Origin: an uncultured Gemmatimonadales bacterium
GTDB taxonomy: Bacteria; Gemmatimonadota; Gemmatimonadetes; Gemmatimonadales; GWC2-71-9
Length of the DNA stretch: 64,000 nt
Assembly (NCBI GenBank): GCA_963748815.1
Contig: CAVVKJ010000010.1
Span: 32,001-96,000, forward strand
Reading direction: 5' to 3'
Shown here: in pieces, positions 27,893 to 37,461 of the stretch
Numbering within the stretch: position 1 is the first letter of the stretch
Layout: every line of letters starts with the position of its first letter
Program-made: the position numbers and the translations under genes
The notes under the pieces: model-generated
What the model was told of the DNA's origin: nothing
What the model saw: the letters and a program-made list of their open reading frames with translations, nothing else
The model's database searches: none

Positions 27893-28345
27893 CTACACAC
27901 CCTTCTCAGCAAGGAGCTGAAAGAACTCCTCGGCCGAACTCAGCTTCGCCAGCAGTTCCGGCACCCCCGGTTCCTTGGCCAGCTGGGCAATCTTGCCGAG
28001 GGTCGGCAGGTACTGGTTGGACATCTCGTTCGGCGGCGCGACGATGAGAAAGACGTGGTGGACCGGCTGTCCGTCGGCGGCGTCGAAGGTCAGTCCCGTC
28101 GGGGAGTGGCCATAGGCAAGCTGCAGGCGACTGACCACGAGGGAGCGGCAGTGCGGCACCGCGACACCTCGCCCCACGCCGGTGGAGCCGAGCGTTTCCC
28201 GGCGGTGGAGCATCTTCAATAGCGTATCCGCGGATTTCTCGTCGACGTGCAACAGGGCCACCATTTCGGCGAGCGCCTCGTCCTTGGTGGTGGCGCGGAG
28301 CGGCAGCTGCACGGCGTCGGGCGCAAAGAATTCTCGAAGATGCAT
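27893..28345 (-). CDS. PTS EIIA component (Ntr/fructose family)
   Basis: RRETLGSTGVGRGVAVPH phospho-His motif, FDAADGQPV. Confidence 0.9.
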   Translation of the reverse strand: MHLREFFAPDAVQLPLRATTKDEALAEMVALLHVDEKSADTLLKMLHRRETLGSTGVGRGVAVPHCRSLVVSRLQLAYGHSPTGLTFDAADGQPVHHVFLIVAPPNEMSNQYLPTLGKIAQLAKEPGVPELLAKLSSAEEFFQLLAEKGV

Positions 28346-28352
28346 GACGCGG

Positions 28353-28382
28353 AAGCTAATCGGCGCCCGGAATGCGTGTCAA
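28353..28382 (-). promoter_or_regulatory. Putative leaderless sigma70 promoter of the PTS EIIA gene
   Basis: Minus strand TTGACA-N18-TAGCTT-N7-ATG. Confidence 0.6.
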
Positions 28383-28392
28383 ATCCCTATCA

Positions 28393-28421
28393 TTGCTCGG
28401 TTTAGGCCGCGGCCGTATTTT
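28393..28421 (+). promoter_or_regulatory. Putative leaderless sigma70 promoter of dusB
   Basis: TTGCTC-N17-TATTTT-N6-ATG. Confidence 0.55.
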
Positions 28422-28427
28422 GGAGGC

Positions 28428-29411
28428 ATGCGGCTCCCCTATCCTGCTCCCCACGACTTCACCCTGGTCCTGGCTCCCATGGCCGGGGTCTCGGAGCCCC
28501 CCTTCCGCCAGATCTGCCGGCGGATGGGGGCCGACGTCGTCCTGTCGGAGTTCCTTTCCTCCGAGGCGATCCGCCGGCGGATCCGGAACACGCTCGAGGG
28601 GGCGGAGTTCGAGGAGTGCGAGCGCCCGATCGGCATCCAGATTTACGGCGCCGACCCCGCGGCCATGGCCGAGGCCACCGCGCTCATCACCGAGCACTAC
28701 AAGCCGGAATTCATCGACATCAACTTCGGATGCCCCGTCAAGAAGGTGGTCAAGCGCAACGGCGGGTCGGGGTGCCTTCGCGAGCCGCAACTGATTACCG
28801 ACATCATCCGCGCCTGCGTCGGGGCGACCCACCTGCCGGTGACGGTGAAGACGCGCAGCGGGTGGAACGACGAGATGCGTGACCCGGTCGGCATCGCGCT
28901 GCGCATGCAGGACGCGGGGGCGCGGGCGTTCACGCTGCATGCGCGGACGCGGACCCAGATGTATTCCGGCAGGGCGAACTGGGATGAGATCGCCCGCGTC
29001 GTGGAGGCGCTCGACATTCCCGTGCTGGGCAATGGCGACGTGCAGACACCCGAAGACGTCGTGCGGATGCGGGATCACACGGGGGCGGCCGGCGTCATGG
29101 TCGGGCGCGGCGCCTTCGGCAACCCGTGGCTCTTCCGCGATGCCCGGGCGTTGCTCGAAGGCCGCCCGAAGCCCGAGGCGCCGACGGCCGCCGAACGATT
29201 CGAGCTGGCGCTGACCCACGCCCGACTCGCGCTCCGGCTCCAGGGCGACAGCCGCAAGACGGTGGTCGAGTTCCGGAAACACTTCGGCTGGTACACCAAG
29301 GGGCTGCACGGTTCGAGCGAACTCCGCCAGCGGCTCTTCCAGGTGGAGTCGATCGCGGAGGCCGAGCGGATCTTCGTCGAGTACCTCGCCCCGCTGGCGC
29401 AGCTGGCGTGA
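28428..29411 (+). CDS. dusB: tRNA-dihydrouridine synthase B
   Basis: LAPMAGVS, IDINFGCPVKKV, LHARTRTQMYSG, NGDV, GRGAFGNPW. Confidence 0.93.
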   Translation: MRLPYPAPHDFTLVLAPMAGVSEPPFRQICRRMGADVVLSEFLSSEAIRRRIRNTLEGAEFEECERPIGIQIYGADPAAMAEATALITEHYKPEFIDINFGCPVKKVVKRNGGSGCLREPQLITDIIRACVGATHLPVTVKTRSGWNDEMRDPVGIALRMQDAGARAFTLHARTRTQMYSGRANWDEIARVVEALDIPVLGNGDVQTPEDVVRMRDHTGAAGVMVGRGAFGNPWLFRDARALLEGRPKPEAPTAAERFELALTHARLALRLQGDSRKTVVEFRKHFGWYTKGLHGSSELRQRLFQVESIAEAERIFVEYLAPLAQLA

Positions 29412-30172
29412 GTCCCGAGCGGCTGGTCGCGCTGCTGGCAGAGGTCTCGGCCGGCACGGTGACGCCCGCGGCTGCGCTGGAGCAGCTCCGGCATTTTCCC
29501 TCCGAACATCTTCCCTTCGCCAGCCTCGACCATCACCGTGCGCTCCGGCAGGGCCAGCCGGAGGTCATCTTCTGCTCCGGGAAGACGGTGGAGCAGGTGG
29601 TGGCCATCGCCGGGCGACTTGTGGCCGCCTCGGGCGGCTTCCTGGGGACCCGCGCCACGCCGGAGCAGGCGGAGGCGCTACGGGCGGTCCATCCCGACCT
29701 GCAGTGGCATCCGTTGGCACGCACGGTCTTCCTGCCGGCTCCGTCCCGTCCGGGACCGACGGGGAAGGGCACCGTCCTGGTGGTCTGCGCCGGCACCAGC
29801 GACCTGCCGGTGGCGGAGGAGGCCGCGGTGGTCGCCGAGGCGTTCGGCAACCGGGTGGAGCGATTGGTGGATGTCGGGGTGGCCGGGCTCCATCGACTGA
29901 TGGCGCAGGGCGACCGACTGCGCGAGGCGGCGGTGGTGATCGTGGTCGCCGGCATGGAGGGGGCGCTGCCGAGCGTGGTCGGTGGGCTGGTCGGCGTGCC
30001 GGTCATCGCCGTCCCGACCAGCGTGGGATACGGCGCGTCGTTCGGGGGCGTGGCCGCGCTGCTCGGCATGCTGAACAGTTGCGCCGCCGGCGTCACCGTG
30101 GTGAACATCGACAACGGCTTTGGCGCGGCGGCCGCCGCGACGCGGATCAACCAGGTGGGGCCCGCCGAATGA
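29408..30172 (+). CDS. larB: Nickel-pincer cofactor biosynthesis carboxylase LarB (PurE-related)
   Basis: DHHRALRQGQPEVIF, AGTSDLPVAEEA, DVGVAGLHRL, AGMEGALPSVV, PTSVGYG, VNIDNGFGA. Confidence 0.9.
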   Translation: MSPERLVALLAEVSAGTVTPAAALEQLRHFPSEHLPFASLDHHRALRQGQPEVIFCSGKTVEQVVAIAGRLVAASGGFLGTRATPEQAEALRAVHPDLQWHPLARTVFLPAPSRPGPTGKGTVLVVCAGTSDLPVAEEAAVVAEAFGNRVERLVDVGVAGLHRLMAQGDRLREAAVVIVVAGMEGALPSVVGGLVGVPVIAVPTSVGYGASFGGVAALLGMLNSCAAGVTVVNIDNGFGAAAAATRINQVGPAE

Positions 30173-31080
30173 TCGAGACCGTGCTGCGACGCACCGGGCC
30201 GGAGTTGGAGTGGCTCGACGTCACCGGGCCGTCCCCGGACGAACTGTCCGGCCTCGCCGAGACCTACCGGCTGCATCCCCTCGCCCTGCAGGATTGCCTC
30301 GATCCCGAGCATCTCCCCAAACATGAGCGCCTCGGCGACGCCACGTTCGTCATCGTCCGGGCCTACGACGAGGCGTCGGCGTCCGACGGGGTGACGATTC
30401 AGCAGATGACCCGGAAGGTGGCGGTCTTCACCGGGTCCACCTTCCTCCTGATGGTGCACCGGAAGGCGATGCCCTTCCTCGACGCCTTCAAGGCGAGCTG
30501 GGCCGGTCGCGAACCAGCGCAGGCCAGCGTGGACCGGATCCTGGTCGAATTGATCGCGGCGGTCGTGGATACCTACGGCAAGCCGCTGGACGAGGCGGAA
30601 CGGATCCTGGACGATTTCGAGGAGGCGCTCTTCGACGGGCTCCGGGCCGAGGCGGGACTCGAGGAGATTCACCTGGTGAAGCGAAGGGTGACGCTGATCA
30701 AGCGCACTCTCTGGCAGACGCTGGCGGTCGTCCAGAAACTGCATCCGCCGTCGGAGGGACCCTCGCCGATCTACCAGGATCTCCGGGAGACGATCGAAAG
30801 CCTGCACGCCCAGGCCGACGAGCTGCAGCAGAACGTCACGAATCTCCAGTCGATCCAGCTCAGCATCGCCTCGCATCGCACCAACGAGGTGATGCGCGTC
30901 CTGACCGTCTTCTCGGCCTTCTTCCTGCCGTTGACGTTCATTGTCGGCATCTACGGGATGAACTTCCGCCGGATGCCCGAGCTGGAGTGGCACTACGGAT
31001 ATCCCGTCACGATCGGGGTGATGGCCGGGGTGTGCCTGGGCATCTATCTCTGGTTCCGCCACCGGGGATGGATGCGGTGA
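30169..31080 (+). CDS. corA: CorA family divalent cation transporter
   Basis: LHPLALQD, TNEVMRVLT, GIYGMNF..MPEL, two C-terminal TM helices. Confidence 0.9.
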   Translation: MIETVLRRTGPELEWLDVTGPSPDELSGLAETYRLHPLALQDCLDPEHLPKHERLGDATFVIVRAYDEASASDGVTIQQMTRKVAVFTGSTFLLMVHRKAMPFLDAFKASWAGREPAQASVDRILVELIAAVVDTYGKPLDEAERILDDFEEALFDGLRAEAGLEEIHLVKRRVTLIKRTLWQTLAVVQKLHPPSEGPSPIYQDLRETIESLHAQADELQQNVTNLQSIQLSIASHRTNEVMRVLTVFSAFFLPLTFIVGIYGMNFRRMPELEWHYGYPVTIGVMAGVCLGIYLWFRHRGWMR

Positions 31081-32515
31081 TGGTCCCCTGGCTCCTGGCC
31101 CTCGGGGCAGGGGTCGCCCTCGGAGTCCTGGCGGGCCGTCGACTGCGCCCGTCCCACCCGCCGCCGTTCGGAAGACTCCCCGACGCCGCCACCCCCCACC
31201 TCCTTCCCGACCCCGCGCTCGAGTGGCTCCGGCGGGCGGTGGCCGCCCGCGGGGTCTGGGCGGTCGAGACCAAGGGTCCGGGGAAGGGAGCGCGAACGTA
31301 TCAGAGCATCGACCCCGACTGGCGCGTGGCCGAGGGCGTGCTCGAGGTGATCGAGCAGCGGCTCGGCGCCGCTTCCGGCCGGGATGGGGAGGGGGTCGAG
31401 CGCCTGGAGCCGGGATTCCTCCTCACCGCCTCGGCCGGTGGCGCCGTGGTCGCCGCGCTGCTGCCGTCCGATGTGTCCCAGGCGATCCAGGCGTCGGTCC
31501 GGAACGACCTCGCCGCCTTGCTCGATGGCATCGGCCGGCGCCCGGTGCTCCACGACCTGGCCCAGGTGCAGGACGGGCTGGCCATCGAGTCGGTCGAAAG
31601 TGTGGGGATGCGCCTGGCCTACCAGGTGGAACGGATCGCCGGGGCCGAGGCATACGTGGCCGCGATCGGAAGGTGCGGGTGCACGGGTGATCGGCGTGTC
31701 GGGACTCGCGGACCGCCGGACGCTTGGGCAGGTCCTTCCCACCGACGCCGTCGCTTGCGCGAGTGGCGCGGGGTGCCGAGCCAGACGCATCGGCAGTGGC
31801 GACCCGATGGGGGTTCGGCGATCGATCGGCGCCGGCACCCGCCGGCCAGGGTGACGCCCATGCTGCAACATGATCAGGCCATCGGCGCGGTCGCCTGGCG
31901 GGTGCCCGACGGCGGCCTCGTCGCCCCCAGGACAGTCCACGAGGTGGACGAGGCGATCCGCGCCGCGACGCCCCGGCTCGAGATGGCACTGCGACTCGCC
32001 GCCGAGACCGACCGCGCCATCAAGGACCCTCTGACCGGCCTGCTCAATCGCCGCGGACTTGTCGGAGCGGATGGGACTGCTCGGGCCCGAACGCGGCGCG
32101 CTTATTTCGCTCGACTTCGACAAGTTCAAGCTGCTGAACGACACCCTCGGCCATGCGGCGGGAGACGCCGCGCTGATCCACCTGGCGCGCATTCTCCAGG
32201 AGCAGGTCCGTGGCGTCGATTCGGCGGCGCGGGTCGGTGGGGAGGAGTTTCTGCTCTGGTTGCCGGGGACCACCCTCGAGGAGGGTGTGCGAGTCGCGGA
32301 ACGTATCAGGGTGCGGCTTGGGGACCGGCGGGTGGGACTGGCAGGGACGGTCCTGGCCGCTCTCCGCCTCGTTCGGGGTGGCGGGGTGGCCCGAGACGAC
32401 CCGAAGCAAGGAGAATCTTGCGGCCCAGGCCGACGCGGCGCTGTACGCCGCCAAGCGAGGTGGTCGGGACCGGGTGGTGACGTGGAGTACGGACTTGAAG
32501 ACTTCGTCAGGTTAG
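31080..32515 (+). CDS. Membrane-anchored diguanylate cyclase, GGDEF domain (frameshifted)
   Basis: N-terminal TM; DPLTGLLNRRG, DFDKFKLLNDTLGHAAGD, RGVD..RVGGEEF, ADAALYAAKRGGRDRV. Confidence 0.85.
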
Positions 32516-32623
32516 AATTATGGCCTTCTCCGGCCACGGGGGCGCCGCGACTTGCCGTTCCGGGAAGGCGGGAAGACCGTCCAGGCAGGGTATTGGAACT
32601 ACTTTTCTATTCGGAGAATTGTC

Positions 32624-33223
32624 ATGCGCGCTTCACGATTGATCCTGTTCCCCTCGCTTGTCTGTTCCGCAATGATCGCGACGGCCACGGGCTGCTCCTC
32701 GGGGATGTCCGGCACCGCGACGGAATCGGTCGTTGCCACGCCGACCGGCGGGTATGCGGTCGAGACGTTCAACACGGCGGCCACCGTCACCGCCATCAGC
32801 AAGAACGACCAGAAGGTCACGCTGCAGACCCCGGACGGGAAGAAGACCACGTTCAAGGCTGACTCGCAGATGGTCAACTATGCGAAATTGGCGGTGGGAG
32901 ATCAGGTCGATGCCACCGTCACCGAAGCGATCGTGGTGGCGCTGTGGAAGGGAGACAATCCGCCGGCGGACGCCGCAGCGGGGGCGGTGGGGATCACCGC
33001 ACCCGGGAAGCAGACGAGCAGCATGATGGTCGCGACGGTCCGGATGACGGCCACCATCACCGCCATGGACGTGCCGAAGCGGAAGGTGACCTTCCAGTTT
33101 GAGGACGGCAGCAGCAAGACCATCAAGGTCGACAAGAGCGTGAACATGGCCAATGCTGCGGTTGGGGACCGCCTGACGATCGTGGTGACGGAAGCGGCGG
33201 CGCTGACGGTGACCAAGAAGTAG
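32624..33223 (+). CDS. Putative lipoprotein with two repeated beta-rich domains
   Basis: Signal peptide ending ATGC; internal duplication TVTAI..KVTLQ..DG..VGD / TITAM..KVTFQ..DG..VGD. Confidence 0.7.
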   Translation: MRASRLILFPSLVCSAMIATATGCSSGMSGTATESVVATPTGGYAVETFNTAATVTAISKNDQKVTLQTPDGKKTTFKADSQMVNYAKLAVGDQVDATVTEAIVVALWKGDNPPADAAAGAVGITAPGKQTSSMMVATVRMTATITAMDVPKRKVTFQFEDGSSKTIKVDKSVNMANAAVGDRLTIVVTEAAALTVTKK

Positions 33224-33275
33224 GGCGATTGTTCGCCCCGGATAGCCCACCACGACCACTCGAAAGGCGACAACA

Positions 33276-34102
33276 ATGCGCAATGGTGTTTTCACGGCGA
33301 TGACGCTCCTCGTGCAGCCCGGCGTCCTTGCCGCCCAGGAGCCGGAAACCAAGGCCGACATGCAGGCAAAGGCGGAGGAGCTGGCCAAGGCCGCCCAGAA
33401 TCCGGTCGCGAACATGGTCTCGATTCCGGTCCAGTTCAATTGGACCACCGGGGGCGGGCTCGGTGACGAGACGCAGTCCGATCATCAACGTCCAGCCGGT
33501 GCTGCCGCTGGCCGATCGACGACGACTGGAATCTCATCTCTCGGACCATCGTACCGTTGGTGAGCCTGCCGGCCGGCGGGCGATCGCATCACGGGCATCG
33601 CCGACATCCAGGAGCAGCTCTACCTGACGCCGATGAAGTCGAAGGGCGCTGGTCTGGGGTGTTGGGCCCGATCTTCTCGTTCCCGACGTCGACCAACGCC
33701 GCGATCTCGACGGGACAGTTTGCGCTCGGGCCGACCTTCGTGGTCGTGCTGAAGATCGGCAAGAAGTGGGTGTACGGCGCCGTGGCGAACCAGCTCTGGC
33801 GCATCGCGGGGAGCGGCGACACCGATCAGCCATCAACTCCTTCTTCGTCCAGCCGTTCATCAACTACAATCTGAAGCGCGGGTGGGCCATCTCGACCGCA
33901 CCGCGCATCACGGCCAATTGGGATGCTGCCGAGTGGCCAGGTGTGGACTGTGCCGCTCGGCCTTGGAGTCTCGAAGATCACGGTGGTCGGGAAGCAGCCG
34001 ATGAACATCGCTCATCCAGTACTACGACAACGTGGTGCGGCCGGACGCGCTGGGTCCTCCCTGGTGCGGATGCAGTTCACGCTGCTGTATCCGAGGGACT
34101 AG
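33276..34102 (+). CDS. Putative outer-membrane beta-barrel protein of the family often mislabelled 'neuromedin U' (multiple frameshifts)
   Basis: ELAKAAQNPVANMVSIP, INVQPVLP, WNLISRTIVP, FFVQPFINYN, ITANW, WTVPLGLG, QFTLLYP across frames. Confidence 0.7.
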
Positions 34103-34127
34103 CACCATGGGCGCGGGAGCGGTCTGG

Positions 34128-34156
34128 TTGCCCTCGTGGCACGAAAAGTGTATCAT
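34128..34156 (+). promoter_or_regulatory. Putative sigma70 promoter of ssrA
   Basis: TTGCCC-N17-TATCAT, 14 nt upstream of the mature 5' end. Confidence 0.6.
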
Positions 34157-34170
34157 TCTGACACACCCAA

Positions 34171-34532
34171 GGGGGCGATCGGCTTCGACGGGTTGGAAGA
34201 AGGAATTGCTGCGTGCCCAGGTCCAAGTCCCTGGCTAAACCGCTTGGAAACTACCAAACGCCAACGATAACCTGGCGCTGGCTGCGTAAGCTGAGCTAAC
34301 GCTCGCTTGACGCTCCTCCGTTTCGCTGAGCCCGCCCGGGGCGCGGTGGATCGGATCGAAAATCCGGGCTGGCTGAGCGCGGTCCTCCGACGCGCGAGGC
34401 GAGACTTCAGGAGGTTGTCCCCGAAGCGGCCGATTCCTTGCCGGGTCGGGGAGACGCAAGAAGAGGGATCTACGCACGTAGATGCGGTTCTGGAACCACA
34501 CTCGGACCAGGGTTCGATTCCCTGCGCCTCCA
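34171..34532 (+). ncRNA. ssrA: tmRNA; tag peptide (A)ANDNLALAA encoded at 34260-34289
   Basis: 5' GGGGGCGAtcggcttcgac; 3' T-arm cagggttcgattccctg and CGCCTCCA; acceptor stem with G3-U wobble; tag ends LALAA-TAA. Confidence 0.96.
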
Positions 34533-34540
34533 CTAGGGAA

Positions 34541-34682
34541 GAGGACTGAGAGAAAGAGGACTGAGGACTGAGAGGGCTTGCCCTCGAAGACCTCAGTCCT
34601 TTTCTTCAGTGCCCTGCTCCTAGTCCTCAGTCCTCAGTCCTCAGTCCTCAGTCCTCCTCCCCTTCCTCAGTCCTCAGTCCTC
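34541..34682. repeat. Inverted array of heptamer repeats (GAGGACT)n...(AGTCCTC)n
   Basis: gaggact at 34541 and twice from 34556; agtcctc x5 at 34622-34656 and x2 at 34669-34682. Confidence 0.9.
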
Positions 34683-34808
34683 CCATCACATGATTGTGAC
34701 CATTTCCAGACCTTTACGGGGCACCCGGAAGGTCCTACGTTTCCCAAATCTGTGGGGTGGCAGCGCACTGCGCCCCGGCGATCTCCCCCCTGAATCGTTG
34801 GAGGATGG

Positions 34809-37300
34809 ATGTTCCCGACAAGTCATCGTCGCTCTTCGTCCCTTGCCCTGCTCGGCTGGGCTGCCGCTGGCAGCCCAGCAGACCACTGGCAAGCCGGGCT
34901 CGCCGAGCGCCACGACCACGATCGACGGCCGCTACCTGCCCGACTCCCCGAGCCCGTTCGGCGGCGTCATCAAGAACGAGCGCCCTGGAGTCCACGCCGT
35001 GGTGGCCGCCGCGCATCGTGCCGCCGCAAGCAGGCGCCCAACGTGCTGCTCATCATGACCGACGACGCCGGGTTCGGCGTCGCCGGCACCTTCGGCGGCG
35101 TCATCCCGACCCCGGCGATGGACCGCATCGCGCAGCGCGGGACTCCGCTACACCCAGTTCCATTCGACGGCGCTCTGCTCGCCGACGCGCGCGGCGCTCA
35201 TCACCGGGCGCAACCACCACTCGGTCGGGCTTCGGCGTCATCTCCGAACAGTCCACCGGGTACCCGGGCTACAACTGCGATCATCGGTCCGGACAACGCC
35301 ACGATCGGCAGCATTCTGCGCGACAACGGCTACGCCACCTCCTGGTTCGGCAAGAATCACAACACCCCCGCGCTTCCAGTCCAGTCAGTCGCCGGTCCGT
35401 TCGATCAATGGCCGAACGGGATGGGCTTCGAGTATTTCTACGGGTTCATGGGCGGCGAGACCAACCAGTGGACGCCCTACCTGTTCCGCGAACACGACCC
35501 AGATCTACCCCTGGATCGGCAAGCCGGGGTACAACCTGACCACCGACATGGCGGACGACGCCATCACCTACATCAACCAGCTGCAAGGCCGACCGCACCC
35601 GAGCAAGCCGTTCTTCATCTACTACGTGCCGGGCGGCACGCACGCGCCGCACCAGCCGACCCCGGAATGGATCGCCAAGTTCAAGGGCAAGTTCGACATG
35701 GGGTGGAACGCGCTGCGGGACAGCATCTTCGCCAACCAGAAGCGGCTCGGCGTCATCCCGGCCAACACGCAGCTGACGCCCGTGGCCGGACGACCTGCCG
35801 AAGTGGGACACGCTGACTGCCCGAGGAGAAGAAGCTCTTCGCCCGGCAGGTGGAGGTCTTCGCCGCCTACGTGGCCTACACCGACTACGAGATCGGCCGG
35901 GTCATCCAGGCGGTCGAGGACCTGCGGGAAGCTGGACAACACGCTGATCATCTACATCGAGGGCGACAACGGCACCAGCGCCGAGGGCAGCACGATCGGG
36001 ACGCCCAATCGACGTGGCGTCGCTTCGAGGGCATCCAACATGCCGGTCGCCGAGCAGATGAAGTACTACGACGTCTGGGGTTCGGACGAGACCTAGCCGC
36101 ACATGTCGGTCGGCCTGGTCGTGGGCCTTCGACACGCCGTTCAAGTGGACCAAGCAGGTCGCCTCGCTCTTCGGCGGCACCCGCCAGGGGATGGCGATGT
36201 CGTGGCCGGGCCACATCACCGACGTCGGGGGCATCCGGACCCAGTTCCACCACATGATCGACATCGTGCCGACGCTCCTCGAGGCGACCGGCATCGAGGC
36301 CCCGGCCATGGTGAATCGGCGTGGAGCCAGACGACCGATCGAGGGCGTCAGCATGGCCTACACCTGGCCGAAGGACAGCGCCGAGGTGGCGTCCCACCGC
36401 ACGACGCAGTACTTCGAGATGTTCGGCAACCGGGCGCTCTACCACGACGGCTGGATTGCGGCCACCACGCCTCCGGCGGCCCCCTGGCTGATGGGGCAGG
36501 CGAAGATGCCCGCGAACGTCGTCAACGGCTACACCTGGGAGCTCTACAACCTCGACGAACGACTTCTCCCAGAACAACGACCTGGCCGCCAAGAATCCCG
36601 GACAAGTTCAAGGAACTGCAGGAGCTCTTCCTGGTCGAGGCGACCAAGTACCACGTCTTCCCGCTCGACAACTCGGTCCTCGCGCGCATCGTGGCACCCC
36701 GGCCGAGCGCCACCGCCGGGCGGGACTCTTCAGCTACACGCGGCCCGATGGTCGGCCTCCCGCTCAGCGACGCGCCCCAGCTGCTGACCAGGTCGTTTAC
36801 CATCACGGCGGACGTCGGACGTCCCGAAGGGCGGGGGCGACGGGGTGCTGGCTGACGCCGGGCGGGCGATTCGGCGGGTACGGGCTGTACCTGCTGAAGG
36901 GCAAGCCGGTCTTCACCTACAACCTGGTCGACGCTGGAGCACTTCCGGTGGGCAGGGCGCACAGGCGCTGACGCCGGGGCGGCACACCATCGTCTTCGAC
37001 TTCAACTACGAGGGCCCCGGCTTCGGCAAGGGCGGCAGACGGCGGTGCCCTCACGGTGGACGGCAAGATGGTCGCCACGAAGTCGATCCCGCAGACGATT
37101 CCGTTCCTCATGCCGATCGACGAGACGTTCGACATCGGCTCCGACACCCGGACCAGCGTCAACGACGACCGACTACACGCTCGCCGTTCACCTTCACCGG
37201 CACAGCTCAACAAGCTGACGGTCAAGCTCGATCCGGCTCAGCTGCTCGCCGGGGACGAGCAGAAGATGCAGGCGCACCAGGCGAGCGCGCGGACGACTAG
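34809..37300 (+). CDS. Arylsulfatase, Cys-type, probably exported (many frameshifts)
   Basis: PNVLLIMTDDAGFG, LCSPTRAALITGRNHH (CxPxR), FGKNH, THAPH, EGDNG, QYFEMFGNRALYHDGW, WELYNL. Confidence 0.88.
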
Positions 37301-37327
37301 TAGGGACTGGCGCAAGGGGCTGAACGA

Positions 37328-37367
37328 AACCGGGGACCCCGGGGCAATTGCCCTGGGGTCCCCGGTT
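37328..37367. terminator. Near-perfect 40-bp palindrome between convergent sulfatase and purE (probable bidirectional terminator)
   Basis: aaccggggaccccggggcaa / ttgccctggggtccccggtt, one G-T mismatch. Confidence 0.65.
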
Positions 37368-37392
37368 GCTTTGCCGTTGCGCTTCCCGTGTG

Positions 37393-37447
37393 GTCATCCC
37401 CGCGCACGCGGGGTCCAGTCACTGGATTCCCGCGTGCGCGGAATGAC
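37393..37447. repeat. REP-like doublet (dRS3-like GTCAT.CCCGCG...CGCGGAATGAC)
   Basis: gtcatccccgcgcacgcggggtccag-tca-ctggattcccgcgtgcgcggaatgac: two inverted palindromic units. Confidence 0.8.
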
Positions 37448-37461
37448 GGGCGTCCCGTCTC

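Noticed and set aside
34541..34682. Possible CRISPR array
   Set aside because: Units are 7 bp, tandem and inverted, with no unique spacers and no cas genes
34235..34793. Small ORFs over the tmRNA and heptamer array
   Set aside because: Overlap a structural RNA; SPQSSVL-type peptides are just the translated repeat
34533..37461. Integrative element at the ssrA 3' end
   Set aside because: No integrase and no duplicated ssrA 3' fragment seen before purE
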